Source of the DNA: Eubacteriales bacterium
GTDB taxonomy: Bacteria > Bacillota > Clostridia > Oscillospirales > CAG-272
DNA: 37,522 nucleotides
Assembly (NCBI GenBank): GCA_045656385.1
Contig: JAZORB010000219.1
Location: forward strand, 1-37,522
Direction: 5' to 3'
How positions within the stretch are numbered: position 1 is the first letter of the stretch; each line of letters begins with the position of its first letter. Below are positions 8,569 through 18,478 of this stretch, piece after piece. A program made the position numbers and the translations under genes. The notes below the pieces were generated by a model that saw nothing but the letters and a program-made list of their open reading frames with translations, made no database searches and had not been told where the DNA came from.

Positions 8569-10887
8569 TTGACTAAAACAATTATCGCAACAAACCGTAA
8601 AAGTAGGGATCAAGTAGAGATGCAAAACGAAAAAATCGGCACAGGATTAACAAAAAGAGCCTTCCTTGGGCTCGCCGTAATGGCGGTTGCCTTTCTGGCG
8701 CTGATAGTTCGAATTCTTTCCCTGCAGACAGTAGATTTTGACTACTACAAAAATAAGGTCATCGATCAGCTTACCACAGAATCTACGATAATTTCCGAGC
8801 GCGGAAATATCTATGATTCAAACGGAATTCTGCTTGCCTCGAATAAAACTGCTTACAGAATTTTCATCGCGCCCAAGACAATCCACGACGAGATGAAAGA
8901 GGCAAAGGAGAAAGGCGACACCGCAAAACTTGATCTTGACGTAAAAATAAGCAAAGGGCTTTCCGAGCTCCTTGAGATCGATTACGATACGATCTACGCA
9001 ATGACGGGCAAGACGAAGAGCCTTGACGCCACGGTGCTTCGCGAAGCGTCCTCCGCTCAGGCGGATGCAGTCCTTGGGCTGATAACAGAGCTTAAGGTTT
9101 CAAATTGCATCTACGTTGAGCCCATGAGCGTCAGAAGCTATGCCTACGGCGATCTGGCAACTCACGTGCTCGGTTTCACGGGGCGCGACGGTGACGGCCT
9201 TTACGGACTTGAATACTATTACAACAAAGAGCTCGCAGGAACTCCCGGAAAGATTATAACGGCGCGCGATGCTTACGGCAACGAAATGCCTTATAAGTAC
9301 CAAAGCGTTATCGATGCGGTTGACGGCTATGACCTTAACACTACGATAAATATTAAGATCCAGGAGATACTTGAGGAGCAGCTAGAGGCAACTTACAGAG
9401 AATCGGGCGCACAGGCGGGCGTTGCCGGTATAGTTATGAACGTCAAGACTGGCGCGATCTACGCCATGGCGACCTATCCCGATTTCGATCTGAACGATGC
9501 CTGGACACTCAGCCCTGAATACCTCGCGCAGATGCAGGCGAGCGGACTTGGCGAGGGGGACGAGGGCTATTCGTCACTCCGAGCTTCGCTTCTCAATCAG
9601 ATGTGGCAAAATAAGGCGCTGACATTCACTTATATGCCGGGTTCTACTTTCAAGATTATCACAACCTCGATGGCTCTTGAAACCGGCGCGTCAAATCTCA
9701 ATGAGACTTTTGTATGCCGCGGATCGCTTAACCTTTACGGAAGCATTATCCATTGCCACAAGGTCAAGGGTCACGGCACACTCACCTTTGCGGGCGGTCT
9801 TCAGCAATCCTGCAACCCCTGCATGATGACTCTGGCCGAGCGCATCGGCAGACCAACCTTTTATAATTACGTAAGAAACTTCGGTTATCTTGAAAAGACA
9901 GGTATCGACCTTCCCGGCGAGGGCAAAAGCAGCTTTTGGGACGAAGGAGCATTCGGCCCCGTTGACCTGGCGGTTGCCTCGTTTGGACAGAACTTCAAGA
10001 TAAGCATGATACAGCACCTGACCGCTATCTCCGCGGTTGCAAACGGAGGAACGCTTGTTCAGCCCTATATAGTCGAGTCGATGACAGATTCAAACGGAAA
10101 CGCAGTCTGGCAGCACGAGACCAAGGCGATAAGGCAGGTCGTTTCAACCTCGGTCTGCAAAACCGTTGCCTCAATCCTCGAAGAAGGTGTTTCCGGTAAC
10201 GGAGGCTCGAGAAACGCATACGTTGCAGGCTACAGAGTAGCGGCTAAAACCGGTACTTCCGAGAAGATCGGCGACGACGAAACACTCAGAATCGGCTCCT
10301 GCGCGGCATTTGCGCCTGCTGAGGATCCCGAAATCGCGATTATCATTATCGTCGACGAGCCTACCTGCGCTAACGTTTTCGGCAGCTACGTTGCAGCACC
10401 TTACGTTGCTAACTGTTTGGAGCAGATGCTTCCCGCCCTTGGTGTCGAGGCTGTTTACACCTCCTCAGAGGCGGCAAAGCTTGAGGTCGAGGTCGGCAAT
10501 TACATGGGAATGATGTCCTTCACCGCCCGCGAGGCTATCCGCAAGAACGGGCTGGAGGTTGAAATTATAGGAAACGGCGAAAAGGTAACGGCTCAGGTTC
10601 CCTCCGCGGGAAGCAAGCTTTCCAAGCAGAACGGCAAGGTCGTCCTTTATGTTGGCGACGCCGCACCGAGCACTGATATAACGGTGCCCAACGTTATCGG
10701 AATGAGCGCTTCTGCGGTCAATAAAGTTCTTATTAATGCGGGATTTAATATCAGCATCGAAGGAACGACAAACTATGAGGTCGGAAGCGGAGCTGTGGTT
10801 GTATCGCAGTACCCCGAGGCGGGAACTCCCGCTACACGCGGCGACGTTATAACGGTAACCTTCCGCCACACCGACGTTAGCGACTAA
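8569..10887 (+). CDS. Class B penicillin-binding protein (FtsI/SpoVD family) with two PASTA domains
   Basis: N-terminal TM, ERGNIYD, GLYGLE, active-site motifs STFK, SCN and KTGT, and C-terminal PASTA repeats. Start is TTG 8569 or ATG 8620. Confidence 0.93.
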   Translation: MTKTIIATNRKSRDQVEMQNEKIGTGLTKRAFLGLAVMAVAFLALIVRILSLQTVDFDYYKNKVIDQLTTESTIISERGNIYDSNGILLASNKTAYRIFIAPKTIHDEMKEAKEKGDTAKLDLDVKISKGLSELLEIDYDTIYAMTGKTKSLDATVLREASSAQADAVLGLITELKVSNCIYVEPMSVRSYAYGDLATHVLGFTGRDGDGLYGLEYYYNKELAGTPGKIITARDAYGNEMPYKYQSVIDAVDGYDLNTTINIKIQEILEEQLEATYRESGAQAGVAGIVMNVKTGAIYAMATYPDFDLNDAWTLSPEYLAQMQASGLGEGDEGYSSLRASLLNQMWQNKALTFTYMPGSTFKIITTSMALETGASNLNETFVCRGSLNLYGSIIHCHKVKGHGTLTFAGGLQQSCNPCMMTLAERIGRPTFYNYVRNFGYLEKTGIDLPGEGKSSFWDEGAFGPVDLAVASFGQNFKISMIQHLTAISAVANGGTLVQPYIVESMTDSNGNAVWQHETKAIRQVVSTSVCKTVASILEEGVSGNGGSRNAYVAGYRVAAKTGTSEKIGDDETLRIGSCAAFAPAEDPEIAIIIIVDEPTCANVFGSYVAAPYVANCLEQMLPALGVEAVYTSSEAAKLEVEVGNYMGMMSFTAREAIRKNGLEVEIIGNGEKVTAQVPSAGSKLSKQNGKVVLYVGDAAPSTDITVPNVIGMSASAVNKVLINAGFNISIEGTTNYEVGSGAVVVSQYPEAGTPATRGDVITVTFRHTDVSD

Positions 10888-10944
10888 AAGCAAAGGACGC
10901 AGAAAATCCAAGGATGAACAAAGAATACTTCATCGGAGGATTTC

Positions 10945-12483
10945 ATGCTTCTACAAGAACTATTGCGCTCCGCCGGGCTTTATTACAGAGCCTGCGGGGA
11001 CGAAAACATCACGATCGATTCGATATCTTCAGACTCGCGCTCGGCAGGGAAGAATTCTCTGTTCGTGTGCATTCGAGGCCGCATTCACGACGGTCATTCT
11101 CACGCAAGGGAAGCGGTTGCCAACGGCGCCGTTGCCGTGCTTGCCGAGGATGAGCTCCAAGACCTGCCGAGCCGAGTCACCGTCATATACACTCAGGATA
11201 CGCGAGGCGCTCTTGCGCGGCTCTGGGATGCTTATTACGGGCACCCGGCGCGCGCTATGAAGCTCATCGCGGTCACGGGAACGAACGGAAAAACCACAGT
11301 CAGCTTCATGCTTGACGCCATCTTTTCCGCGTCGCTCTCAAAATGCGGTCTGATCGGCACCGTCTATTGCAGAACGCCAAAAAGGTTGCTTGAAATCGAA
11401 AAAAGCGATATGACAACGCCCGAGCCCGAGATCCTTTACCGAGTTCTTTCGGAGATGAAGCGGGACGGTGCGGAATACGTCTTTATCGAAGCAAGCTCAC
11501 ATGCGCTTGCGATGGGAAGATTGGAGCCGCTCAGCTTTTCTGCGGCGATCTTCACCAACCTCACCCCCGAGCATCTCGATTTTCATTCGGATCTCGAAAG
11601 CTATTTTCTTGCTAAAGCCTCGCTTCTTGAAAAATGCGAGCGAGCATATATAAATCTTGACGATTCCTATGCCTCGCGCTATCGCGCGTACGCGCGCGCG
11701 ATGGGATGTAAGGCACAATTACAGTTCTATTCGGGAGCAGGAAAGCAGGAAGCCGACTTCAAGGCTGATAAAACCAAGCTTTGCGGCGTGAACGGAGTTT
11801 CCTACACCTACCGCTCGAAAAACACCGTGTGCGAGATTCGTTCCCCCATTCCGGGCAGATTTACTGTCGACAACACTCTTGCCGCCGCCGCAGTTGCCTT
11901 TGACTTCGGCGTAAGCGCGGGGTGTGTTGCAGAGGCTATATCGGGCTTCGGAGGAGCACCGGGAAGACTCAAGCGCGTCAAGGTAGCCTCGGGCTACGCC
12001 GCATCGGTCTACGTTGATTACGCGCACACACCGGATGCACTTGAAAACATACTGAACGCGGCAAAAAGCTTTTTGCCGAAATCATCAAAACTTATCCTCG
12101 TTTTTGGTTGCGGAGGCGACAGGGATAAAAGCAAACGCCCGATCATGGGCAAGATCGCAACATCGATTGCCGATGTGACGATAATAACTTCGGATAACAG
12201 CCGCAGCGAGCTGCCCGAGGATATAATCTCAGATATTCTTTCGGGAATTGATCACGAGAGCGAGCACGCGGTTATCGTGTCGCGAGCCGATGCGATAAAA
12301 TACGCCGTCAGAATTGCGAAAGACGGCGACGTTATCTTCCTTTGCGGAAAAGGCCATGAAAAATACGAGATCGGCATTGGCGGCAGGCGTGATTTTGACG
12401 AGTCGCGCATAGTCGAGTGCACGGTGCTTGAGGAGCTTGCGGGAAGAGAAGAAAACAAAGGAACAAACAGTCATGAAAGTTAG
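10945..12483 (+). CDS. murE: UDP-MurNAc-L-Ala-D-Glu:diamino acid ligase
   Basis: VTGTNGKTT, MTTP, EASSH, FTNLTPEHLDFH, VDYAHTPD, FGCGGDRD, TSDNSR and GKGHE. Confidence 0.96.
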   Translation: MLLQELLRSAGLYYRACGDENITIDSISSDSRSAGKNSLFVCIRGRIHDGHSHAREAVANGAVAVLAEDELQDLPSRVTVIYTQDTRGALARLWDAYYGHPARAMKLIAVTGTNGKTTVSFMLDAIFSASLSKCGLIGTVYCRTPKRLLEIEKSDMTTPEPEILYRVLSEMKRDGAEYVFIEASSHALAMGRLEPLSFSAAIFTNLTPEHLDFHSDLESYFLAKASLLEKCERAYINLDDSYASRYRAYARAMGCKAQLQFYSGAGKQEADFKADKTKLCGVNGVSYTYRSKNTVCEIRSPIPGRFTVDNTLAAAAVAFDFGVSAGCVAEAISGFGGAPGRLKRVKVASGYAASVYVDYAHTPDALENILNAAKSFLPKSSKLILVFGCGGDRDKSKRPIMGKIATSIADVTIITSDNSRSELPEDIISDILSGIDHESEHAVIVSRADAIKYAVRIAKDGDVIFLCGKGHEKYEIGIGGRRDFDESRIVECTVLEELAGREENKGTNSHES

Positions 12484-13876
12484 ATTTGCCAATAATATAC
12501 CAACTGTAGAAGAGCTTGCAACCCTTTGCGGCGGTAAGCTGATAGGCGAGGGCTCGGCTCAGGTCAGCTCTGTATGTACCGACTCGAGAGAGGTCGAGGA
12601 AGGCTCGCTTTTCATCGCGATAGTCGGCGAGAGAGTTGACGGACACAACTTCCTTCCTTCCGTCATTTCGGCAGGCGCGGCGTGCGCACTTTGCTCGAGA
12701 ATTCCGGACGGCGCAGATATTCCGATAATCCTTGTTGAGGATACTGTAAAAGCTCTCGGCAGACTCGGATATGAGTATTCGAAGAGCTGCAAGGCAAGAC
12801 GCGTGGGTGTCACCGGAAGCGTTGGAAAGACAACTACGAAGGAATTTATCGCATCGGTCCTTTCTACCGCAGGAAAGGTTTGGAAGACCGAGGGCAACTT
12901 CAACAGCGTGATCGGGCTTCCCATGTCGCTTCTTACCCTTCCCGAGGATGCGGATTTTGCGGTTCTTGAAATGGGCATGACGGGTCCGGGCGAGATCAAG
13001 CTTCTTTCGGACATAGCGTGCCCCGAGATCGGAGTTATAACCACGATCGGAACGGCACACATGGAGCTTCTCGGCTCGCGCGAAAATATCGCTTCGGCAA
13101 AGCTCGAGATAAAGAGTTCGCTTGCCGAAAACGGCCATCTTCTTCTTTGCGGCAACGAACCTTTGCTTGCGGATGAAGGGAAGAAGGATAACAGAGTAAG
13201 TTATTTCTCAACTGATGATAAAAATTCAGATTACTACGCCTCTGATATCACCTCCGATGAGGCGGGGATGACATTCGATGCTTTCTGCGAGGGCGAGGTG
13301 ATCTACGATCTTGAGATTCCCGCGATAGGAAAGCATAACGTCGCCGCTGCGCTCGCCGGCGTTGCGGTCGGATGTATGGTGGGTATTGATCCCGAGAGGA
13401 TAAGACGCGGCCTTGCCGCATACAGACCTGTTGGACTTCGCCAGCAGATGACGGATATCAATGGTATCAAGATCATTTCGGATTGCTATAATGCAAGCCC
13501 CGAATCCATGAGAGCCGCAGCCGCGGTGCTCTCGACGGTCGCTTCTCACAGAAACGGCAAAAAGGTCGCACTTCTCGGCGATATGCTCGAGCTTGGCAAG
13601 AACTCCCCTGCGCTTCACTACGCGGTCGGCGAATGCTTTGCCGATGCGGGCGTTGATATTCTTGTTACCTTCGGCGAACGTGCCGAAATGATTGCAAACG
13701 GCTTTGCAGATAAGCGCGGAGAGGATAAGGTTCTTCGCTTTAGCGACAGAAGCGATGCCGTCTCCCCCGCAAAGGCACTCGCGCAGATCCTCGGCGAGGG
13801 TGACGTGCTGATCCTCAAGGCAAGCCGAATGATAGCAGCAGAGCGTGTTGCTGACGAACTTAAAAAGCTTCTTTGA
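12473..13876 (+). CDS. murF: UDP-MurNAc-tripeptide:D-Ala-D-Ala ligase
   Basis: DSR, DGHNF, VTGSVGKTTTKE, GNFNSVIGLP, VLEMGM, DCYNASPESM, LGDMLELG and KASR. ATG at 12473 follows AAGGA. Confidence 0.96.
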   Translation: MKVRFANNIPTVEELATLCGGKLIGEGSAQVSSVCTDSREVEEGSLFIAIVGERVDGHNFLPSVISAGAACALCSRIPDGADIPIILVEDTVKALGRLGYEYSKSCKARRVGVTGSVGKTTTKEFIASVLSTAGKVWKTEGNFNSVIGLPMSLLTLPEDADFAVLEMGMTGPGEIKLLSDIACPEIGVITTIGTAHMELLGSRENIASAKLEIKSSLAENGHLLLCGNEPLLADEGKKDNRVSYFSTDDKNSDYYASDITSDEAGMTFDAFCEGEVIYDLEIPAIGKHNVAAALAGVAVGCMVGIDPERIRRGLAAYRPVGLRQQMTDINGIKIISDCYNASPESMRAAAAVLSTVASHRNGKKVALLGDMLELGKNSPALHYAVGECFADAGVDILVTFGERAEMIANGFADKRGEDKVLRFSDRSDAVSPAKALAQILGEGDVLILKASRMIAAERVADELKKLL

Positions 13877-13907
13877 TTTTTGATTATATAAGATAAGGAT
13901 GATAGCC

Positions 13908-14903
13908 ATGAAGGAACGGATGCTGATTGAATTTTTTGCCATGACACTCGGAGTATTTTTTGTCACCTGGCTTATCCTTCGAAAGCTGATACCCGTGCTC
14001 AAAAGCCGAAAGATCGGGCAGAAGATCTATGACATAGGTCCCCGTTGGCACAAGGGCAAGGAGGGAACGCCTATCATGGGCGGTCTCGGATTTATAATCG
14101 CGACTTTCATAGGAATTGCTGTGATCAGCGGAGTTTATCTCTATTTCGGCCGCGTCGAAGAGCTTCTCGGCGTTTGGCTTACCCTGGCACTTGCACTTCT
14201 CAACGGTCTTATCGGATTCTTCGATGACTACACAAAGCTGATCAAAAAGCAGAATCAAGGTTTTCTCGCTTGGCAGAAGCTTCTTCTTCAGCTTCTGGTA
14301 GCCGCCGCTTACCTTTGGGCTATGAGCACCTGCGGATTTATCGACACCGCACTCGAGATCCCCTATTTCGATATCGAGCTTGAGCTTGGTATTTTCTACT
14401 ACTTCTTCGCAATTCTCTTTATTTCGGGAATGGTCAACTCGGTCAACCTGACCGACGGAATTGACGGCCTCTGCTCGAGCGTTTCCGCAGTTGTCGGAGC
14501 TTTCTTTGCGGTTGTTGCGTTCATCATGCTCAGACCTGAGCTTGCAATCTTCCCCGCAACCGTTATTGGCGGCACGGTCGGATTCCTTATGTACAATTTC
14601 TACCCCGCAAAGATCTTCATGGGTGATACCGGTTCGCTTTACCTTGGTGGTGCCGTTGTCGGTATGGCTTTCCTTATCGAAGAGCCCCTCATCATTATGA
14701 TCGCGGGAATCATTTACCTCATTGAAGTGGCATCGGTCATTCTTCAGGTCGGCTACTTCAAAATCACACACGGAAAGCGAATCTTCAAGATGGCTCCCAT
14801 CCATCATCATTTTGAAAAATGCGGATGGAGTGAGGTCAAGATCGTCGGTGTCTTCACTCTGATCACCGCGATTGCGTGTGTGCTCGCTTATCTGGGACTT
14901 TAA
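13908..14903 (+). CDS. mraY: Phospho-N-acetylmuramoyl-pentapeptide transferase
   Basis: GTPIMGG, IGFFDD, NSVNLTDGIDGL, IFMGDTGSL and MAPIHHHFE. Start is 13908 or 13899. Confidence 0.97.
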   Translation: MKERMLIEFFAMTLGVFFVTWLILRKLIPVLKSRKIGQKIYDIGPRWHKGKEGTPIMGGLGFIIATFIGIAVISGVYLYFGRVEELLGVWLTLALALLNGLIGFFDDYTKLIKKQNQGFLAWQKLLLQLLVAAAYLWAMSTCGFIDTALEIPYFDIELELGIFYYFFAILFISGMVNSVNLTDGIDGLCSSVSAVVGAFFAVVAFIMLRPELAIFPATVIGGTVGFLMYNFYPAKIFMGDTGSLYLGGAVVGMAFLIEEPLIIMIAGIIYLIEVASVILQVGYFKITHGKRIFKMAPIHHHFEKCGWSEVKIVGVFTLITAIACVLAYLGL

Positions 14904-14933
14904 TTCTACTCAAAAAATCGGGAGGCTGCCGTT

Positions 14934-16193
14934 ATGGCGTGGTTTGACAAAAGAAAACATTCGCCGTCGGTCAGCGGCGACGGCATAAAACGCCGCCGCG
15001 CAAAAAGATCCTCATCTCTTCTTATCAGCCATAAAAAAGATAAGGGCTTGATCGAGGAAAACGAAGCCTCGCTTTTGATACTGCAAAGCAGACCAGATGC
15101 ATTTTTTGCAGTGATCTATGCGCTCCTGCTTGCGCTCGGTGCCGTGCTTTCATTCAGCGCGGGATCGGCTTATGCTGAGGAGGCTTACGGCTCGGGATTC
15201 TACTTTGTTATGAATCACGTAAAGCATCTGGTCAGCGGCTTGGTCGTTTCCGGATTTATCTACTTTTGCTCTCAGCCGAGATTCATGCGTATCGTTTCGA
15301 TCGCGTTCTACGGTGCCTCGATCGTTCTTTTGATCGCCGTACTCTTCGTCGGTGTTACCGGCGGAGGCGCACAAAGATGGCTCAACCTCGGTTTCTTCAC
15401 CCTTCAGCCCTCGGAGCTTGCCAAAACCGGCATAATCCTTCTGATGGCACTCTATCTGACAAGGCACGACAAGGCAGTCACCTCAAAGGGATTTAACAGA
15501 TATTCCTTCATCCACGGATTTTTGGTACCTTCGCTGATCTTCCTTCTGGTTTGCGTGCTCGTTCTCCTTGAGGACCATTTCTCGGGAACGATCATCATCG
15601 GCGCGATCGGATTCGGAATGCTTTTCCTTGGAGGAACCTATCTTGGATGGTTCGTTTCGGTCATACCCTTCGGTGCCGTTATCGTGGCGCTCATACTGAG
15701 CACCGATTACGCAAGGCAGAGAGTGGTAAGCTTCTTCGACAAGAGTTCAAACTCGCTGACAAATAACTGGCAGTCGACTCAAGGACTTTACGCGATCGGA
15801 TCGGGCGGACTTTTTGGAGTCGGACTCGGAAACTCAAATCTGAAATACGGTTACGTATCCCAGCCGCAGAACGACTTCGTTTTCACGATAATCTGCGAAG
15901 AGCTCGGCTTTTTCGGAGCCGCCGCAATACTTTTGCTTTTCTTCGCGCTGGTTGCAAGAGGAATCATCCTCGGCTCCCGCGCACCCGATAAATTCACATC
16001 TCTCGTGATCTACGGATTGACCTTCAAGCTCGCCATCCACGTTTTTCTCAACGTCGGTGTCGTAAGCGGAATGCTTCCGAACACGGGAATCTCACTTCCT
16101 TTCTTTTCAAGTGGAGGAAGCGCAACGATTTCGCAGATGATAGACATGGGTATAATCCTTGGTCTTTCAAGATTCTGCACACAGAAAAAATAA
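14934..16193 (+). CDS. ftsW: SEDS peptidoglycan polymerase FtsW/SpoVE
   Basis: GAQRWL, QPSELAK, GSGGLFGVGLG, NDFVFTIICEELG and PNTGISLPFFSSGGS. Multi-TM. Confidence 0.92.
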   Translation: MAWFDKRKHSPSVSGDGIKRRRAKRSSSLLISHKKDKGLIEENEASLLILQSRPDAFFAVIYALLLALGAVLSFSAGSAYAEEAYGSGFYFVMNHVKHLVSGLVVSGFIYFCSQPRFMRIVSIAFYGASIVLLIAVLFVGVTGGGAQRWLNLGFFTLQPSELAKTGIILLMALYLTRHDKAVTSKGFNRYSFIHGFLVPSLIFLLVCVLVLLEDHFSGTIIIGAIGFGMLFLGGTYLGWFVSVIPFGAVIVALILSTDYARQRVVSFFDKSSNSLTNNWQSTQGLYAIGSGGLFGVGLGNSNLKYGYVSQPQNDFVFTIICEELGFFGAAAILLLFFALVARGIILGSRAPDKFTSLVIYGLTFKLAIHVFLNVGVVSGMLPNTGISLPFFSSGGSATISQMIDMGIILGLSRFCTQKK

Positions 16194-16211
16194 ACCGAAA
16201 GGAGCCCTGAA

Positions 16212-17327
16212 ATGCGGGTTCTTGTGACAGGCGGCGGTACGGGAGGACACGTTAATCCCGCACTTGCAATCGCAAATACAATCAAAAAGAATATTCCCGA
16301 CGCCGAGATTGCCTTTGTCGGCACGGTGCGAGGACTTGAAAATCAGCTCGTTCCGAAGGCGGGATATAAGCTTTACCACGTCGACGTGCGCGGCATACGC
16401 CGTTCGCTTTCATTATATAATATCCGCTCCCTTTGGCTTGCCGCGGTTTCTCCGGTTAAAGCAAAGAAGATCATCAAGGAATTTAAGCCCGATCTTGTTG
16501 TTGGAACCGGCGGTTACGTAAGCTGGCCGATACTTGTTGCGGCTTCGAGAATGAATATTCCGACAGCAGTTCACGAATCAAATGCGGTTCCCGGACTTGC
16601 GGTCCGCAAGCTTGTTCCCTACGTTGACCGCATATTCACCAATTTCGCCGTCAGCGCTGAGATCCTCGGCAAGAGCGGCAAGGTTATGCAGGTCGGTTGC
16701 CCAATGCTTGGCGAGTTCGGCAACATCAGCCGCGCGGATGCCAGAAAGCAGCTTGGAATTCCCCTTGACTCAAAATATATCGTTTCTTTCGGCGGAAGCC
16801 TTGGCGCGGCGGCGATGAACGATATGGCTATCGAGCTCATGCGCGATTACGTTAGCGTAAACAAGAACATACGATACACCCACGCGACGGGCGGTGATCA
16901 TTATGAATCAGTCAATGAGCGCTTCCTTGGCGAGGGACTTGATAAATACGAAAACATTGAGCTTCTGCAGTACATTTACGATATGCCCCTCCGTATGGCG
17001 GCGGCAGACATAATAATCAGCCGTGCGGGAGCTATCACGATCTCGGAGCTGGCGCGTCAGGGTAAGGCGGCAATACTTATTCCCTCGCCCAACGTAACCG
17101 ACGATCAGCAAACAAAGAATGCTAAGGCTCTTGCCGATATCGGGGGCGCTTGTATGATCCGCGAGCCCGAGCTTGTAAACGGCAAGATCTGCAAAGAGGT
17201 TGCTTCGCTTCTTGAGGACAGAGAGAGAAGAGAGGCAATGCAAAAAGCAATCGCAGGGTTTGCGCCCCTCGATTCAAACAAACTGATTTTCGACGAGCTT
17301 ATGCGCCTCGCGGAAAAGAAAAAGTAA
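16212..17327 (+). CDS. murG: Lipid I N-acetylglucosamine transferase
   Basis: GGGTGGHVNPA, GTGGYVS, HESNAVPG, GGSLGA, SRAGA and QTKNA. Confidence 0.97.
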   Translation: MRVLVTGGGTGGHVNPALAIANTIKKNIPDAEIAFVGTVRGLENQLVPKAGYKLYHVDVRGIRRSLSLYNIRSLWLAAVSPVKAKKIIKEFKPDLVVGTGGYVSWPILVAASRMNIPTAVHESNAVPGLAVRKLVPYVDRIFTNFAVSAEILGKSGKVMQVGCPMLGEFGNISRADARKQLGIPLDSKYIVSFGGSLGAAAMNDMAIELMRDYVSVNKNIRYTHATGGDHYESVNERFLGEGLDKYENIELLQYIYDMPLRMAAADIIISRAGAITISELARQGKAAILIPSPNVTDDQQTKNAKALADIGGACMIREPELVNGKICKEVASLLEDRERREAMQKAIAGFAPLDSNKLIFDELMRLAEKKK

Positions 17328-17366
17328 TACGTAAGGAATATAAAGAGAGAAGGTGAGTCGCTTGGG

Positions 17367-18356
17367 ATGAATCTTATAAAACAGAATAAACCCGCGGCAA
17401 GACCTTCAGATCTGCAGACAAGCAGTTCGAACGTTTCGACTTTTGTAAAAAAGGAAGAGAAAACTTACGTCCGCAGATATGCAATGTCTGAAAGCAGACG
17501 CCGACGCTGGCTCGAGAATTACAAAAAAGGGCAGGAAGACAACATAATGTTTCCTACCGCGAAAGCCTTGAGAGCAGAGGAAGCGACTCTTGATGACAGA
17601 AGAGAAAAGGCAAAGATACTGATGATCTGTCTCGGAATAGCCTTGGTTCTGTTGCTGATCTGGCCTATGGCACGGTATGCGGCATCTCACCTTGTTGTTG
17701 AGAATATCAGGATCGAGGGAAGCTCGGCATATAGCGGGGAAGAGATACTCAGCGCCGCCGAGCTCGCTATCGGCGACAGCTTGCCGATATTCAGAACGGG
17801 AGGCATGGAAAATGCTCTCTGCACGTCACTCCCTTATCTGAAAAGCTGCAAGATCACATTTGAGCTGCCCGGAACGGTGATAATAACGCTGACAGATGAA
17901 GCTCCTGCGTTCTGCGCAGAGATATTCGGTGAGTTCTATGCGGTCAGCGCGGATCTTAGGGTCCTTGAAAGAGCGGATGAAAGCTTTTCGCATTTGATCT
18001 ATATTGAGCTTCCCCTCGTTTCGCGGGCGATAGTTGGAGAAAAGATCGTTTTCGCCGACGGTGACGATTGCGATCATATAACCGAATTTCTCACCCTGCT
18101 TTCAAATTCGGAGCTTGATGGGCGTATCGACAAGGTCTATTTCGATAAGAAATTCGACATCGTCGCATGCGTTGATTCGGAATTCCGCGTAATGTTCGGC
18201 TCGCCTTCCGAGATGAAGCTGAAGCTGGCAACTGTGGCAAAGATGATCGTCGATAATTCCGAAAAGTGCGAAACGGGCGGAATCGTCGACGTCAGAGTAG
18301 TAGATATTGCAGGCATTGTCATAAATGCCGACATCGACCCCACCGCAAGGGAATGA
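17367..18356 (+). CDS. ftsQ: Cell division protein FtsQ/DivIB
   Basis: Basic cytoplasmic N-terminus, one TM, and a POTRA-like domain (VENIRIEG...EEIL...LPYLKS...ELPGTVII). Located between murG and ftsZ. Confidence 0.8.
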   Translation: MNLIKQNKPAARPSDLQTSSSNVSTFVKKEEKTYVRRYAMSESRRRRWLENYKKGQEDNIMFPTAKALRAEEATLDDRREKAKILMICLGIALVLLLIWPMARYAASHLVVENIRIEGSSAYSGEEILSAAELAIGDSLPIFRTGGMENALCTSLPYLKSCKITFELPGTVIITLTDEAPAFCAEIFGEFYAVSADLRVLERADESFSHLIYIELPLVSRAIVGEKIVFADGDDCDHITEFLTLLSNSELDGRIDKVYFDKKFDIVACVDSEFRVMFGSPSEMKLKLATVAKMIVDNSEKCETGGIVDVRVVDIAGIVINADIDPTARE

Positions 18357-18403
18357 TTTCCCATAACGGCAGAAATTACAAGATAAAATTTCTCCGAATA
18401 CAC

Positions 18404-18432
18404 TTGAAATTCGGGAGAAAAAATTATATCAT
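18404..18432 (+). promoter_or_regulatory. Internal sigma-A promoter for ftsZ
   Basis: TTGAAA-N17-TATCAT in the AT-rich intergenic region. Confidence 0.55.
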
Positions 18433-18478
18433 ATTAATGTAAATAATAACTTTACCTATAAAATCGGAGGAATTGAAA

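Noticed and set aside
10914-11153. 79-aa ORF overlapping the start of murE
   Set aside because: Out-of-frame overlap with no motif. murE has its own GGAGG RBS.
12428-12472. Longer TTG start for murF
   Set aside because: It overlaps murE by 56 nt. ATG 12473 has an RBS and gives a normal length.
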